Shown: positions 8,977 to 18,478 of the stretch, in pieces
Layout: each line of letters starts with the position of its first letter
How positions within the stretch are numbered: the first letter of the stretch is position 1
Assembly (NCBI GenBank): GCA_944389095.1
Contig: CALXLC010000052.1
Span: 9,240 to 73,239, forward strand
Origin: an uncultured Alphaproteobacteria bacterium
Lineage (GTDB): Bacteria > Pseudomonadota > Alphaproteobacteria > RF32 > CAG-239
Reading direction: 5' to 3'
DNA length: 64,000 nt
Made by a program: the position numbers and the translations under genes
The notes under the pieces: model-generated
The model's input: the letters and a program-made list of their open reading frames with translations, nothing else
What the model was told of the DNA's origin: nothing
Database searches by the model: none

Positions 8977-10320
8977 TTATTTTCCGATACAAAAGCTGCC
9001 AAAGATTTTATCCAAAATTTCTTCAACTTCAATTCTTCCGGTGATTTTTCCCAACTCCCGGGCTGCCAAACGGATATCTTCGGCCGTTAATTCGATTTCT
9101 TTATCAAAACCGAAACGTTGAAGGTTTTCGCAAACGTTAAGCAACGCTTCCCGATAACGGCGGCGGGTAATCAGCAAACCAGAATTTGAGGTAAAACAAG
9201 AACGGATTTCTGCCGTTATGCTATCCAGTAAAGTCGTTACGCCTTCATGTTGTTTGACCGAAATAACCAAACATCCCTGATTTTTTAAATTAGAACACTG
9301 TTCAAAAGTTAATTTATCACTTTTATTCGCAACATAGATTATTTTGTTTTTAAACGATTTCTTTATATTATCAAAGAGTTGAACAGAGTCCTTAGAAGCA
9401 TCAAACAAACAAACCAGTAAATCAGCATCTTTAATTTTGGAGTAAGCTATTTCTATGCCTTTTTTTTCAATTTCTTCTTCGGCTTCCCGCAGGCCGGCGG
9501 TATCCGTGAAAATAACCGGATAACCATGTAAATCCAGATGTATATCCACGGCATCACGGGTGGTGCCGGCAACATCGGAAACAATAACGGCATCCCGTTT
9601 TGCTATAGTATTTAAGAGGCTGGATTTTCCGGCATTCGGAGGCCCGACGATAACAACACGAAATCCTTCACGAAGCCTTTCACCTACAGAATCACCGTTC
9701 AAATGTTCAATAATGGCATTTTTAAGTTTAAATACGGTGTTATTCATACCATTTTCAATATCAGAGGGGATATCTTCTTCAGGAAAATCAATATAAGCCT
9801 CAAGATGTGCCAACAGGTTTAACAGCTCGGAACGCCAACCGTCATAGATATCTTTTAATCCGCCTTCCATCTGCCGGAGGGCATATTTTTGCTGTTCTGA
9901 GGTTTCTGCGTCAATCAAATCTGCCAATCCTTCAGCCTCGGTCAGATCCATTTTATTGTTATAAAAAGCACGTTTTGAAAATTCTCCCGGTTCTGCCAAA
10001 CGATAATTTTCAAGGCCGGACAGGGCATCCATAACCGAATTTATGACCGCGCGTGATCCATGTATCTGTAATTCGACAATATCTTCACCCGTAAAAGAGT
10101 GAGGAGCCTTAAAATAAAGCAGCACCCCTTTATCAAGCGTGTTTTTATTTCGTGGATCTTTTAAAATCGTAAAATAAGCGTACCGCGGCTTAATATTTTC
10201 AATATTTAAAGAAGTCAGTGCGGCAACACTTTTTAAAGCATCCGGACCGGAAATACGGATGACGGCAACGCCGGATTTGCCATAAACGGTCGACAGAGCA
10301 TATATTGTCTGATCAGTCAT
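8977..10320 (-). CDS. mnmE: tRNA modification GTPase MnmE (TrmE)
   Basis: Contains G1 GPPNAGKSS, DTAGLR, and the C-terminal FCIGK motif. The start was chosen at ATG 10320 (MTDQTIYAL), which is preceded by GGAGAAAT. Confidence 0.93.
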   Translation of the reverse strand: MTDQTIYALSTVYGKSGVAVIRISGPDALKSVAALTSLNIENIKPRYAYFTILKDPRNKNTLDKGVLLYFKAPHSFTGEDIVELQIHGSRAVINSVMDALSGLENYRLAEPGEFSKRAFYNNKMDLTEAEGLADLIDAETSEQQKYALRQMEGGLKDIYDGWRSELLNLLAHLEAYIDFPEEDIPSDIENGMNNTVFKLKNAIIEHLNGDSVGERLREGFRVVIVGPPNAGKSSLLNTIAKRDAVIVSDVAGTTRDAVDIHLDLHGYPVIFTDTAGLREAEEEIEKKGIEIAYSKIKDADLLVCLFDASKDSVQLFDNIKKSFKNKIIYVANKSDKLTFEQCSNLKNQGCLVISVKQHEGVTTLLDSITAEIRSCFTSNSGLLITRRRYREALLNVCENLQRFGFDKEIELTAEDIRLAARELGKITGRIEVEEILDKIFGSFCIGK

Positions 10321-10499
10321 GATTTCTCCTTGTTTTTTTCTTATAATCAGAAAGAAAAATTGTTGCAAGTCTTAAAAAGGCGGTTTTTTTGACTCAGCAG
10401 CGCAAATTTACATCATCTTAACGTTTATATCATAAAATTATTAAAGTTGCTTTCTACGAGCTTCCTGCGGACTCAATTTTTTTAACCGAAAGTTGTAAA

Positions 10500-11180
10500 A
10501 TGACTGATTTTAAGCTGAAATTGATTATCTGGGATTTTGACGGCGTTATTGCGGACAGCGAAATTCTATGGCTGGAAAACCGACGCCGGATGATTAACAA
10601 CAAATTCGGTCTGAATTGGGATATCCATCAAACTAATCTGAATATAGGCGGCATGAGCGACAAAACCCGCAAACAAAGTTTAAGCGCTCTGGGATATGCC
10701 ACGGAAGATAAATTTTGGGAAGAGGCACTTGCCGCAGATTATGAAACCATGGCAAAGGGTATTCCCCTCATGCCCGGGGTGACCGATATTTTTGAACTTT
10801 CCGATTATAAACAATGCATAGCCACCGGCGGCAGCCGTTCCAAAACAAAGGAAAAACTGCAAAATGCCCACATTACACAATATTTTTCCGATAACCGGGT
10901 GTTTACCGCAGACATGGTGAAAAACGGAAAACCGGCTCCCGATTTATTCTTACTGGCGGCAAAGGAGATGAATGAACAACCGCAAAATTGTCTGGTAATA
11001 GAAGATTCCCTGCCGGGCATTAAAGCCGCCCAAAATGCCGGAATGAAAGTTGCCGTTTTTGTCGGAAGCAAAATGAACAATACGCCCGAATATATTTCCA
11101 AGGTAAAAGAATTAGGCGTTCAAGATATTTTTGACAATATGAAACAATTGAAGTCTTTTATCTTAAGAAACCCCTCCTGA
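10500..11180 (+). CDS. HAD-superfamily hydrolase, subfamily IA (beta-phosphoglucomutase/phosphatase-like)
   Basis: Contains motif I (IWDFDGVIADSE), motif II (ATGG), and K-x-PAPD...IEDS. Confidence 0.75.
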   Translation: MTDFKLKLIIWDFDGVIADSEILWLENRRRMINNKFGLNWDIHQTNLNIGGMSDKTRKQSLSALGYATEDKFWEEALAADYETMAKGIPLMPGVTDIFELSDYKQCIATGGSRSKTKEKLQNAHITQYFSDNRVFTADMVKNGKPAPDLFLLAAKEMNEQPQNCLVIEDSLPGIKAAQNAGMKVAVFVGSKMNNTPEYISKVKELGVQDIFDNMKQLKSFILRNPS

Positions 11181-11195
11181 GAGGGGTTTCTTTTT
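11167..11195. terminator. bidirectional intrinsic terminator between the HAD gene and rho
   Basis: GAAACCCCTC-CTGA-GAGGGGTTTC, a perfect 10-bp stem, followed by T5. It overlaps both convergent stop codons. Confidence 0.7.
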
Positions 11196-12447
11196 AGGAA
11201 TTCATTGTATTGAAAAAGTCATCATTGTCTTTGCTCAAACGCAGTTTATCGAGCAAAAATTCCATACCGTCGGTCATGCCCATCTGCATTAAAACACGAC
11301 GCAGTACCCACATTTTGGCCAGACGATCTTTATCAACCAACAATTCTTCTTTACGGGTTCCGGAACGGGTGATATCAATGGTCGGAAACAGGCGTTTATC
11401 AGTCAATTTGCGGTCGAGAATAATTTCAGAGTTTCCGGTTCCTTTGAATTCTTCAAAAATAACCTCATCCATGCGAGATCCCGTGTCAATCAATGCCGTT
11501 GCGATGATTGTCAGAGAACCGCCTTCTTCCACATTACGGGCCGCTCCGAGCAGCCTTTTGGGACGTTGCAGCGCATTGGCGTCAACACCGCCGGTCAGAA
11601 CCTTGCCGGAAGACGGAATAACCGTATTATAAGCCCGTCCGAGACGGGTAATGGAATCCAACAAAATAACAACATCCTTTTTGGTTTCCACCAAACGTTT
11701 GGCCTTTTCAATGACCATTTCGGCAACCTGAACATGGCGGCTGGCCGGTTCATCAAACGTTGAAGAAATGACTTCGCCTTTTACAGAACGCATCATGTCC
11801 GTTACTTCTTCAGGACGTTCATCAATCAGCAGAACCATCAGGTAACATTCGGGATGGTTGGTGGCAATCGCGTGCGCAATGTTTTGCAGCATAACGGTTT
11901 TACCGGTGCGCGGCGGCGCAACAATCAGTCCGCGCTGGCCTTTTCCCTGCGGAGCAATAAGGTCTATGACTCTGGTCGTGTAATCTTTTTCGCCGCAGAT
12001 AATATCAAAATTCAGTTTTTTGGTCGGATAAAGCGGCGTCAGGTTATCAAAGTTAACCCGAAGTTTTGATTTTTCGGGGTCTTCAAAATTTATTCTGTTG
12101 ACTTTGGTCAGAGCAAAATAACGCTCATTCTCTTTTGGGGCGCGGATTTCGCCTTCTACCGTATCTCCCGTACGGAGACCGAATTTTTTGACCTGGGCGG
12201 GAGAAACATAAATATCATCCGGTCCGGCCAGATAATTTGACTGCGCCGAGCGCAGAAAGCCGAAGCCGTCCTGCAAAACTTCAATGGTCCCTTCACCGTA
12301 AATGGTATTATCATCGCCGGCAACTTTTTTGAGAATGGCAAACATCAAGTCTTGTACGCGCATTGAAGACGCATCTTCAATACCCAGCTCCTCAGCCTGT
12401 GTTAACAGCTCTGTCGGAGATTTCTGCTTTAAATCTTTTAAATTCAT
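11194..12447 (-). CDS. rho: transcription termination factor Rho
   Basis: Contains the Rho N-terminal domain and RNA-binding segment (GFGFLR), Walker A (PPRTGKT) and LIDERPEEV. The start was chosen at ATG 12447 ([15 protein letters not shown]). Confidence 0.95.
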   Translation of the reverse strand: MNLKDLKQKSPTELLTQAEELGIEDASSMRVQDLMFAILKKVAGDDNTIYGEGTIEVLQDGFGFLRSAQSNYLAGPDDIYVSPAQVKKFGLRTGDTVEGEIRAPKENERYFALTKVNRINFEDPEKSKLRVNFDNLTPLYPTKKLNFDIICGEKDYTTRVIDLIAPQGKGQRGLIVAPPRTGKTVMLQNIAHAIATNHPECYLMVLLIDERPEEVTDMMRSVKGEVISSTFDEPASRHVQVAEMVIEKAKRLVETKKDVVILLDSITRLGRAYNTVIPSSGKVLTGGVDANALQRPKRLLGAARNVEEGGSLTIIATALIDTGSRMDEVIFEEFKGTGNSEIILDRKLTDKRLFPTIDITRSGTRKEELLVDKDRLAKMWVLRRVLMQMGMTDGMEFLLDKLRLSKDNDDFFNTMNS

Positions 12448-12923
12448 GTAAATCCTGATTGATTTTGTTAATAGGTAGGAAGTTTCTTTTTTATAGTATG
12501 CTTTTGGGTTGGTGTCAAACAAAAGTTGAGCTTTTTTATTCACAGCCCCGCAGGGCCATCTTTAAAATATTTAAAATGTTTTTGTGGTTTGTATATGCCT
12601 GTGAATGTTGTGGAAAAGTTTTTGTACCAAAAGTTATACAGAAAAAAATAGGCTGTTGATAACCTGTAATTTGCAGATTTAAAGGAATTTAAATGTTTTG
12701 CAGAATCAATAAGGGACTCTTGTAAACAAAAAATGACTCAAATTTTTGATAATTGGACTTATTCACAGGCTGTGAATATGACTCAGCCTTGTGCGTAAGT
12801 CGCTATATTAAATTTTACTTTATGGTGATAAAAAGTTATAACGGTACACAGAAAGGCAGTTATGCACAAAAAGTTAACAAATTGTTTATAACTGTGTTAA
12901 CATGCTGAAAAAAGGATGTTTTT
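12448..12923. other. candidate chromosomal replication origin (oriC)
   Basis: 476-bp AT-rich divergent gap. TTATNCACA-type boxes lie at 12536-12544, 12759-12767 and 12860-12868. Near-matches on the other strand lie at 12600-08, 12609-17, 12654-62 and 12771-79. Four GANTC sites fall within 82 bp (12703, 12715, 12735, 12780). The position corresponds to Caulobacter Cori (between the rho side and the coaE-dnaQ side). Confidence 0.5.
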
Positions 12924-13529
12924 ATGCAACTCATTGCCATTACGGGATCTATCGGCTGCGGAAAGACAACGCTGGCAAAGATTGTCAAAGGCCTCGGGTA
13001 TACGGTTTTTGACATTGACGGATGGGTGCGCCGGATTTATTTTCAGAAAGATTTTATTAAGGTCATTGCCGAAAGTTTTCCCGGGACGGTTTCTAACGGT
13101 CAGGTTAACAAAAGGATGATTCGGGATATTGTTTTTTCCGATCATGAAAAGCTGGCGTATCTGGAAGGGCTGATACATCCCTTTTTGAAGGAGACGCTTA
13201 AGCAGGTTATCCGCAGAAACGCCGGCTGCCGGGATTTGTTTTTTATAGATATAGCCTTGCTTTTTGAAATGGGCTGGGATAAATACTGTGATTTTATTAT
13301 TGTTGCCGATGTTGATTATGAAATCCAAAAACAACGGGTTATGAAAAGAGATAAGGTTTCGGCCGATGATTTTGACAAGATTAACAATGTGCAGATGGAT
13401 AATAAGAAAAAAATAGAATTGGCCGATATTGTTATTAATACGAATAAGCCGAAAAACCTGTTAAGGTCCGAACTGATAAAAATAATTGAAAGATTGGAAG
13501 CTGCCGATGGTCAGAGAAATTGTTTTTGA
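12924..13529 (+). CDS. coaE: dephospho-CoA kinase
   Basis: N-terminal IAITGSIGCGKTT P-loop; about 200 aa; sits in the coaE-dnaQ order. Confidence 0.9.
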   Translation: MQLIAITGSIGCGKTTLAKIVKGLGYTVFDIDGWVRRIYFQKDFIKVIAESFPGTVSNGQVNKRMIRDIVFSDHEKLAYLEGLIHPFLKETLKQVIRRNAGCRDLFFIDIALLFEMGWDKYCDFIIVADVDYEIQKQRVMKRDKVSADDFDKINNVQMDNKKKIELADIVINTNKPKNLLRSELIKIIERLEAADGQRNCF

Positions 13530-14217
13530 TACCGAAACAACCGGATTTGAATATGCCAAGGGCGATCGGTTGATTGAAATCGGTGCGGTCGAACTGGTTA
13601 ATCACATGCCGACCGGCGTGACGTATCATCAATATATTAATCCGGAGCGGGAAGTTCCCGAAGAGGCTTTTAAGGTTCACGGTTTGTCTTATGACTTTTT
13701 GAAGGATTACCCGACTTTTGACAAAGTTGCCGATGACTGGCTGACGTTTATCGGCGATGCAACGCTGGTGGCGCATAATGCTTCGTTTGATATCAATTTT
13801 GTGAATTATGAGCTTAAACAGCTTGGTAAACCTGAATTGTCCTGGGACAGGGTTGTCGATTCTCTGGAAATAGCCCGTTTATTGTTTCCGGGAGCGCGCT
13901 GCAGCCTTGATGCATTGTGTAAAAGGTTTAATATTGACAATTCCAATCGAACTCTGCACGGCGCCTTGCTGGACGCCCAGTTGCTGGCGGAAGTTTATCT
14001 GGAACTTTTGGGTGGTCGCGAACCGAGCCTGTTGTTGGATTCCAAAAAGAAAAAGGCTTCCGCCGCCGGTGATGCGGAAGCCGGAATCGTCCGGAACTTC
14101 AGAGAACCGCGTTTGTTTCCTCTGAGCGAGGAAGAACTTAAAGCGCATCATGATTTTTTGAACAGTAAAATTAAAGGCGCTTTGTGGCTGGCAACCGAAG
14201 AGGTTTCCGATTCTTAG
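13507..14217 (+). CDS. dnaQ: DNA polymerase III epsilon subunit (3'-5' exonuclease)
   Basis: Contains ExoI (VFDTETTG), ExoII (AHNASFD) and ExoIII (HGALLDAQLLAEVY). The start was chosen at ATG 13507; the alternative is 13486. Confidence 0.9.
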   Translation: MVREIVFDTETTGFEYAKGDRLIEIGAVELVNHMPTGVTYHQYINPEREVPEEAFKVHGLSYDFLKDYPTFDKVADDWLTFIGDATLVAHNASFDINFVNYELKQLGKPELSWDRVVDSLEIARLLFPGARCSLDALCKRFNIDNSNRTLHGALLDAQLLAEVYLELLGGREPSLLLDSKKKKASAAGDAEAGIVRNFREPRLFPLSEEELKAHHDFLNSKIKGALWLATEEVSDS

Positions 14218-14543
14218 TCGTTATCCGAAATAAAGTCTTCTTCGATGTCCAGTTCTTCACTGTCCGGGGTTTGGGTATCGGTAATGCTTTCCATGACAGC
14301 TGCCGGCTGTTGCATATTGTCAGAAGGTTGAGCGGCGGCCGGTTGTTGCGGAGCATTTTCCGGTTGTGCCTGGGCAGGGGGCTGAGTGGCCGGAACCGTG
14401 GCGACGGCTTCGTATCCTTGTTCCATAATCAGCAGATTGTTTGAATCCGGGTTTCCGACGGCCGTTCCCTGATTTTGAGCTTGTGCATCGCAGCCCATTA
14501 AGGCCAAGGCCGAAAGAGACAATAAGGAAATGATTTTTTTCAT
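14214..14543 (-). CDS. hypothetical lipoprotein, Gln/Pro/Ala-rich
   Basis: Signal peptide with lipobox LALMGC. Low-complexity QPPAQAQPENAPQQPAAAQP segment and an acidic C-terminus. Confidence 0.55.
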   Translation of the reverse strand: MKKIISLLSLSALALMGCDAQAQNQGTAVGNPDSNNLLIMEQGYEAVATVPATQPPAQAQPENAPQQPAAAQPSDNMQQPAAVMESITDTQTPDSEELDIEEDFISDND

Positions 14544-14637
14544 GTTTACATCCTCTTAAATGTTGTTGTGCCTTTTTTATATAAGCGCGGTTCGGTTTTA
14601 TTCAATGAGTTAAGAAACTCTCCATCTAAGAATAAGG

Positions 14638-14665
14638 TTGACGGCGTCCGCGGTTTTGGTAATAT
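14638..14665 (+). promoter_or_regulatory. sigma70-like promoter for the HAD gene at 14705
   Basis: TTGACG, a 16-nt spacer, then TAATAT, about 40 nt upstream of the GTG start. A GGAG lies 9 nt before the start. Confidence 0.4.
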
Positions 14666-14704
14666 GATTTAGTTTGATAGTAATTTTTTATGGAGTAATC
14701 AGCC

Positions 14705-15391
14705 GTGGTTTACGGGCGAAGAGTGATAATTTGGGATTTGGATGATACCTTATATTTGCGGACGGCAGAGTGGGCCGATTTGCTTGATACGGCCATGGCT
14801 AAAGCCCTGGTTGAGGATTTGGGCGTGCCGTTGTCGTTTAAGGAGGCTAAAGAAAAAGTTACCGAATCTTATCGAATTTACCGTAATGGCGGCGAAATTT
14901 TTTATCGTGATTACGGGGTCGATCCGGCAAAGTTATTTTATGCTTATCATCAGAGAAAACCGGTTGAAAAAATTACGGCTTATCCGGGACTTTTGGATAA
15001 AATCAAGAAGATTCCGGCTGAGCAATATATTTTTACGGCCAGCGACAGGTATGCTTCCGAAAAAATTTTAAAACACATCGGGTTGTATGACTATTTTAAA
15101 GACCGTTTTTATTCGGTAGAGGATTTCGGGGTTTATAAAAAGAACGAAAGTGCCGATGTTTATCGTCAATACTGCAGAAAAATAGGTGTTTCTCCGGAAG
15201 AGTGTGTTTTTGTTGACGACAGTTATTCTAATTTGGAATTTGCCAAAGAAGTCGGAATGATTACGGTGCGGATTTATTATAATAATAATTCGGCCAAGGA
15301 TAAGACATATATTGATTATGCTTATAAAGGCGTGGAAAGTTTTATTGATGCCATTCTGGCATCATCTCAGGGAAACGTGGCGGCTCAATAG
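14705..15391 (+). CDS. HAD-superfamily hydrolase (pyrimidine 5'-nucleotidase-like)
   Basis: Contains motif I (IWDLDDTLY), FTAS, and the late VDDS motif. Apparent GTG start. Confidence 0.65.
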   Translation: MVYGRRVIIWDLDDTLYLRTAEWADLLDTAMAKALVEDLGVPLSFKEAKEKVTESYRIYRNGGEIFYRDYGVDPAKLFYAYHQRKPVEKITAYPGLLDKIKKIPAEQYIFTASDRYASEKILKHIGLYDYFKDRFYSVEDFGVYKKNESADVYRQYCRKIGVSPEECVFVDDSYSNLEFAKEVGMITVRIYYNNNSAKDKTYIDYAYKGVESFIDAILASSQGNVAAQ

Positions 15392-16060
15392 TCAGCGGCA
15401 GATTTGTTTTTCGTGTTCATAGTTGGCGCTGTTGTCAAGTTTGGCTTGCTCCAAAAGCATTTCTTTTTTGAAGACATTTACAAGAGGGGCTATTTTGCGA
15501 TTGTAGCTTTTGATGAGAAGTTCTGTCGCGGCATCGGCTTCGGAAAGGCTGCCGATATGCCGGGGCGGGACCGTGCCGGCAATTTTTTTTATGGCATCTT
15601 GGAACAGCGGGATAAAATAGTCCAGAGAAGATTTGTTTATTTGTTGGTGAGTTTGTTCATGCCGCAGCACGACATTGTACTCACAACTGTCCCGGGGCAG
15701 TTCGTTTGAAATGTAGATTACCGGATCTACAAAGCCGATAAAAACGTGGAGTTTGTCCGGAATAACACAAATATCATAGTCACTGCGGATTTCCGTGTAG
15801 GTTTCCAAATCTATTTTCAGTTTGACGTTGACGGTTGCCAGGCCCGAGGCAAACAGGCCTTTTTCTATCGTATTATAATTTTTGGCAATTTGGGTGATAC
15901 CCTGATTATCCAAACTGGTGTCATAACGAAGCTTTCCGTATGAAGATCCAAAAATTATCTGCGGCACGGATTGGTATTCAGAACAGTCAGCTGCTTGTGA
16001 TGTTGTTGAAAAAAAATAAAAAAAAGAGCTGATTGTTAATATAAAAAAAAGTTTTTTCAT
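15392..16060 (-). CDS. secreted hypothetical protein with an HExxH motif (possible DUF922-type Zn-peptidase)
   Basis: N-terminal signal peptide (FFSTTSQA/AD) and a single HEQTH motif. The family guess comes from the motif alone. Confidence 0.45.
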   Translation of the reverse strand: MKKLFFILTISSFFYFFSTTSQAADCSEYQSVPQIIFGSSYGKLRYDTSLDNQGITQIAKNYNTIEKGLFASGLATVNVKLKIDLETYTEIRSDYDICVIPDKLHVFIGFVDPVIYISNELPRDSCEYNVVLRHEQTHQQINKSSLDYFIPLFQDAIKKIAGTVPPRHIGSLSEADAATELLIKSYNRKIAPLVNVFKKEMLLEQAKLDNSANYEHEKQICR

Positions 16061-16109
16061 ATAATTTATTTTACAAGATATTGGTTAAATTATAGTTACA
16101 GGTGCGGAA

Positions 16110-16571
16110 ATGAAAAAATACTGGGGTATCGGATTGGGAATGGCTTTGGTGGTTGTTCCCGTTTATTTCAGCGCTCAGGGCGGTGAGCCGTATGTCCGCA
16201 AACAGATAGAGCCGGATTTTTTTATTCCCGAAAGTGCTAAACAGCCACCGGAAAAGCTTCCGGTTCCCCGCTATTTGCAGGGGGAGGCGGAAACCATAAA
16301 GGAAGCTCACCGTACGGCTCCCGTCAAAACTTCTCCGGTGGCTTCAGAAAATGAAGATGTTCCCGAGTTTCAGCAAAAATATGATGCTTACAATCAAGAT
16401 TTGGAGCATATCGGGCGTACGGGCAAAATGCCTTATAATGTCGAGTTGGAACAAGATTTGAAGGTTATGAATTCCAATGACGAGATTATTGTTGAAAAAA
16501 AGCCTTATCAACAACGCAATACAAAGGCTGAGTTTGATAAGGCTTTAGAAAAAAGTTTACAGCAGAATTAG
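16110..16571 (+). CDS. hypothetical exported protein
   Basis: N-terminal hydrophobic signal/anchor (GIGLGMALVVVPVYFSAQG). The remainder is charged and unrecognisable. Confidence 0.45.
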   Translation: MKKYWGIGLGMALVVVPVYFSAQGGEPYVRKQIEPDFFIPESAKQPPEKLPVPRYLQGEAETIKEAHRTAPVKTSPVASENEDVPEFQQKYDAYNQDLEHIGRTGKMPYNVELEQDLKVMNSNDEIIVEKKPYQQRNTKAEFDKALEKSLQQN

Positions 16572-17047
16572 GATTCAACGGCGTAAATGTCTTTGACGCT
16601 CCATCTGCCGTCCTGCATTTTCATGACATAAATGATATTGCCGTTGCACAGACCGAACCAGTTTCCGTTACAGGTGCTTTGGGTATAAACTTCTACCGTA
16701 TCGTCCGGCAGCGGTTTTAATTTTGTGATTTTATAGGATTGAGATGTCGGCCGCTGCAGGCTGTCATCTTCCATAAAAACGAATTTCGGCATGAATTTGG
16801 TGTTTTCGGCACATTCGGAAAATTGCGGATTAATCGTGCATTTGATGCTGAGGTTGATGGCGCAAATCATCATGCTGTCTGAATTGCAGCCGGGTTCCAG
16901 CGTGTTGATGTCAAAAGAATAAATTTCATCTCCGGTGACGGCATCGGGCTGCGGGGCTTTTTGTTCGGCGGAAGTTGAGGTGTCCGAGGCGTCGGAACAG
17001 GCCGTCAGCAGCAAAAAAGGAATTAAAAATATAAGAGATTTTTTCAT
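16568..17047 (-). CDS. hypothetical lipoprotein, Cys-rich
   Basis: Signal peptide with lipobox LLTAC and six further Cys residues. No family recognised. Confidence 0.55.
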   Translation of the reverse strand: MKKSLIFLIPFLLLTACSDASDTSTSAEQKAPQPDAVTGDEIYSFDINTLEPGCNSDSMMICAINLSIKCTINPQFSECAENTKFMPKFVFMEDDSLQRPTSQSYKITKLKPLPDDTVEVYTQSTCNGNWFGLCNGNIIYVMKMQDGRWSVKDIYAVES

Positions 17048-17116
17048 GAGTTTATCCTTAAGGAAGGTTTTTCAACTGAGTTTAATATAGCCTTAAATTT
17101 TTGTTTTGACCAGATA

Positions 17117-17150
17117 TAAAAAAAGGAAGAGTAAAAACTCTTCCTTTTGA
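17117..17150 (-). terminator. intrinsic terminator after the OMP gene
   Basis: AAGGAAGAG-TAAAAA-CTCTTCCTT, a perfect 9-bp stem, followed on the minus strand by a T-run. It lies 15 nt after the stop at 17165. Confidence 0.65.
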
Positions 17151-17164
17151 GAATAAAATACAAA

Positions 17165-17704
17165 TTAGAAATTGTATTTGATACCGGCGGAGTATTCCAT
17201 GATGTGATCAACATCGGAGACTTTGTCGGTGAAGATGTAGCGGGCAACGGCACGGACGGAAAGATTTTCGTCAAAGCTGTATTGTGCGCCGGCACCCAGA
17301 CGGTAACCCAGACCGTTTTCGGTGTCTCTTTTTTCATCCTGATATTTGTAGTCGATATCAATGTTAGAAATACCGGCGGTGCCCAACAGAGCAAAAGTCT
17401 GGTCACAACCGAGCGGCAGATAACCATACAGGTCTAAACCATAAGACTGCAAAGAAGATTCATCTGTCTCGCCTTCGGAGTGAACACGGTCCGAACCGGT
17501 TTTTTCATAAAATACTTCCGTACCGAAATATTTGTTGTAGTCAACACCCAAGGCAACTTTGCCGCCGGCGTTGATTGTGGCAAAATTAGAATCATTGTAA
17601 GTGTAGTCAGCAGCTACATAAGGTTTATAATTGCTAGCGTTGGCGCTGGCTGCAAAAGCAACCGCGGAAACAGCTACCATCAAGGCACCAATTGTTTTTT
17701 TCAT
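17165..17704 (-). CDS. small outer-membrane beta-barrel protein (OmpA-like/OmpW-like barrel)
   Basis: Signal peptide ending ASANA, alternating aromatic/hydrophilic strands, and a C-terminal ..GIKYNF (terminal Phe OMP signature). Confidence 0.7.
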   Translation of the reverse strand: MKKTIGALMVAVSAVAFAASANASNYKPYVAADYTYNDSNFATINAGGKVALGVDYNKYFGTEVFYEKTGSDRVHSEGETDESSLQSYGLDLYGYLPLGCDQTFALLGTAGISNIDIDYKYQDEKRDTENGLGYRLGAGAQYSFDENLSVRAVARYIFTDKVSDVDHIMEYSAGIKYNF

Positions 17705-17876
17705 TGTATAAAATTCCTTATTAAAAGTTAACTTTTTTAAACTAAAGTATTAAACCTTAAGTTTGTACGGTTAATACTATAGCCTATAAAATAAAAAAGT
17801 GAAGTAAATTTATATTACAAAAATGATTGTTTCGGGCGATATTTGGTGATATTCTGATACAAAACTAGGAGAGAAG

Positions 17877-18461
17877 ATGAAAACTCACCAAAAGGGCGCG
17901 ACAATGCTTGAAGCGCTGGCGACATTGATGATTATTTCGGTTCTGTCGATTTCTGGCATCCGGCTTATCGGCAGTTTGTTTGCCATGTTCAGGCAGAATG
18001 TGGTGGCCAATGAAATAAAAGAAATCAAAAAAAGTATTCAGGATCGTTTTGCTTATGCCGGTGATTATCGGGAGCTGGAGGGAAAATCAGCCGATGAGGT
18101 GGCAGAAATGCTTTTGGAAGAAAAGGTTATTCCCAATCAGATGTCGGTTAACGGCAAAATTTATCACCGGTTGGGCGGCGAGGTGACAATAGAACTTTCG
18201 GATTATTCTGATACGGGATTGTATTTTGATGTTACTTTCAAAGATTTAACGACGCAGGGGTGTCTTAATCTGAGTCAGATTGACTGGGTTATCAATCAGA
18301 ATTCCGATTTGATGCGGCTGATTATCAACGATAAAACTTTTGTGCTTCCGGTCGGGAACAATAAAGACAAAACCGAGGGCGTGTTGCCGGTTCCGATGAG
18401 CGAGGCGGTCAAAGACTGTAAAAGCAGCAGTGATAATGATATAACCTGGACTTTTCAATAA
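17877..18461 (+). CDS. type IV pilin/pseudopilin-like protein
   Basis: Class III leader MKTHQKG/ATMLEALATLMIISVL, with Gly at -1 and Glu at +5 before a hydrophobic helix. Two Cys residues lie in the C-terminal third. No pil or gsp genes are nearby. Confidence 0.55.
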   Translation: MKTHQKGATMLEALATLMIISVLSISGIRLIGSLFAMFRQNVVANEIKEIKKSIQDRFAYAGDYRELEGKSADEVAEMLLEEKVIPNQMSVNGKIYHRLGGEVTIELSDYSDTGLYFDVTFKDLTTQGCLNLSQIDWVINQNSDLMRLIINDKTFVLPVGNNKDKTEGVLPVPMSEAVKDCKSSSDNDITWTFQ

Positions 18462-18478
18462 ACAACGGAGAATCTGCG

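Noticed and set aside
10321-10368. N-terminal extensions of track ORFs: mnmE 10368, rho 12543, parB 4116, tsaE 1753, maf 19452, trpS 42412, regulator 47449 and dksA 18993.
   Set aside because: In each case an internal ATG matches the conserved N-terminus of the family and/or has an RBS, and the extension would overlap the neighbouring gene. The shorter coordinates were used.
12808-12888. CtrA-binding sites (TTAA-N7-TTAA) in the candidate origin.
   Set aside because: Only TTAA-N7-TTTA half-matches (12808, 12874) and TTAA-N5/N6-TTAA spacings are present. That is too weak to annotate as sites, so they are mentioned only as context.
12897-13334. A 145-aa minus-strand ORF opposite coaE.
   Set aside because: coaE on the plus strand has a clear P-loop and a conserved order with dnaQ. 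The antisense product is unrecognisable.
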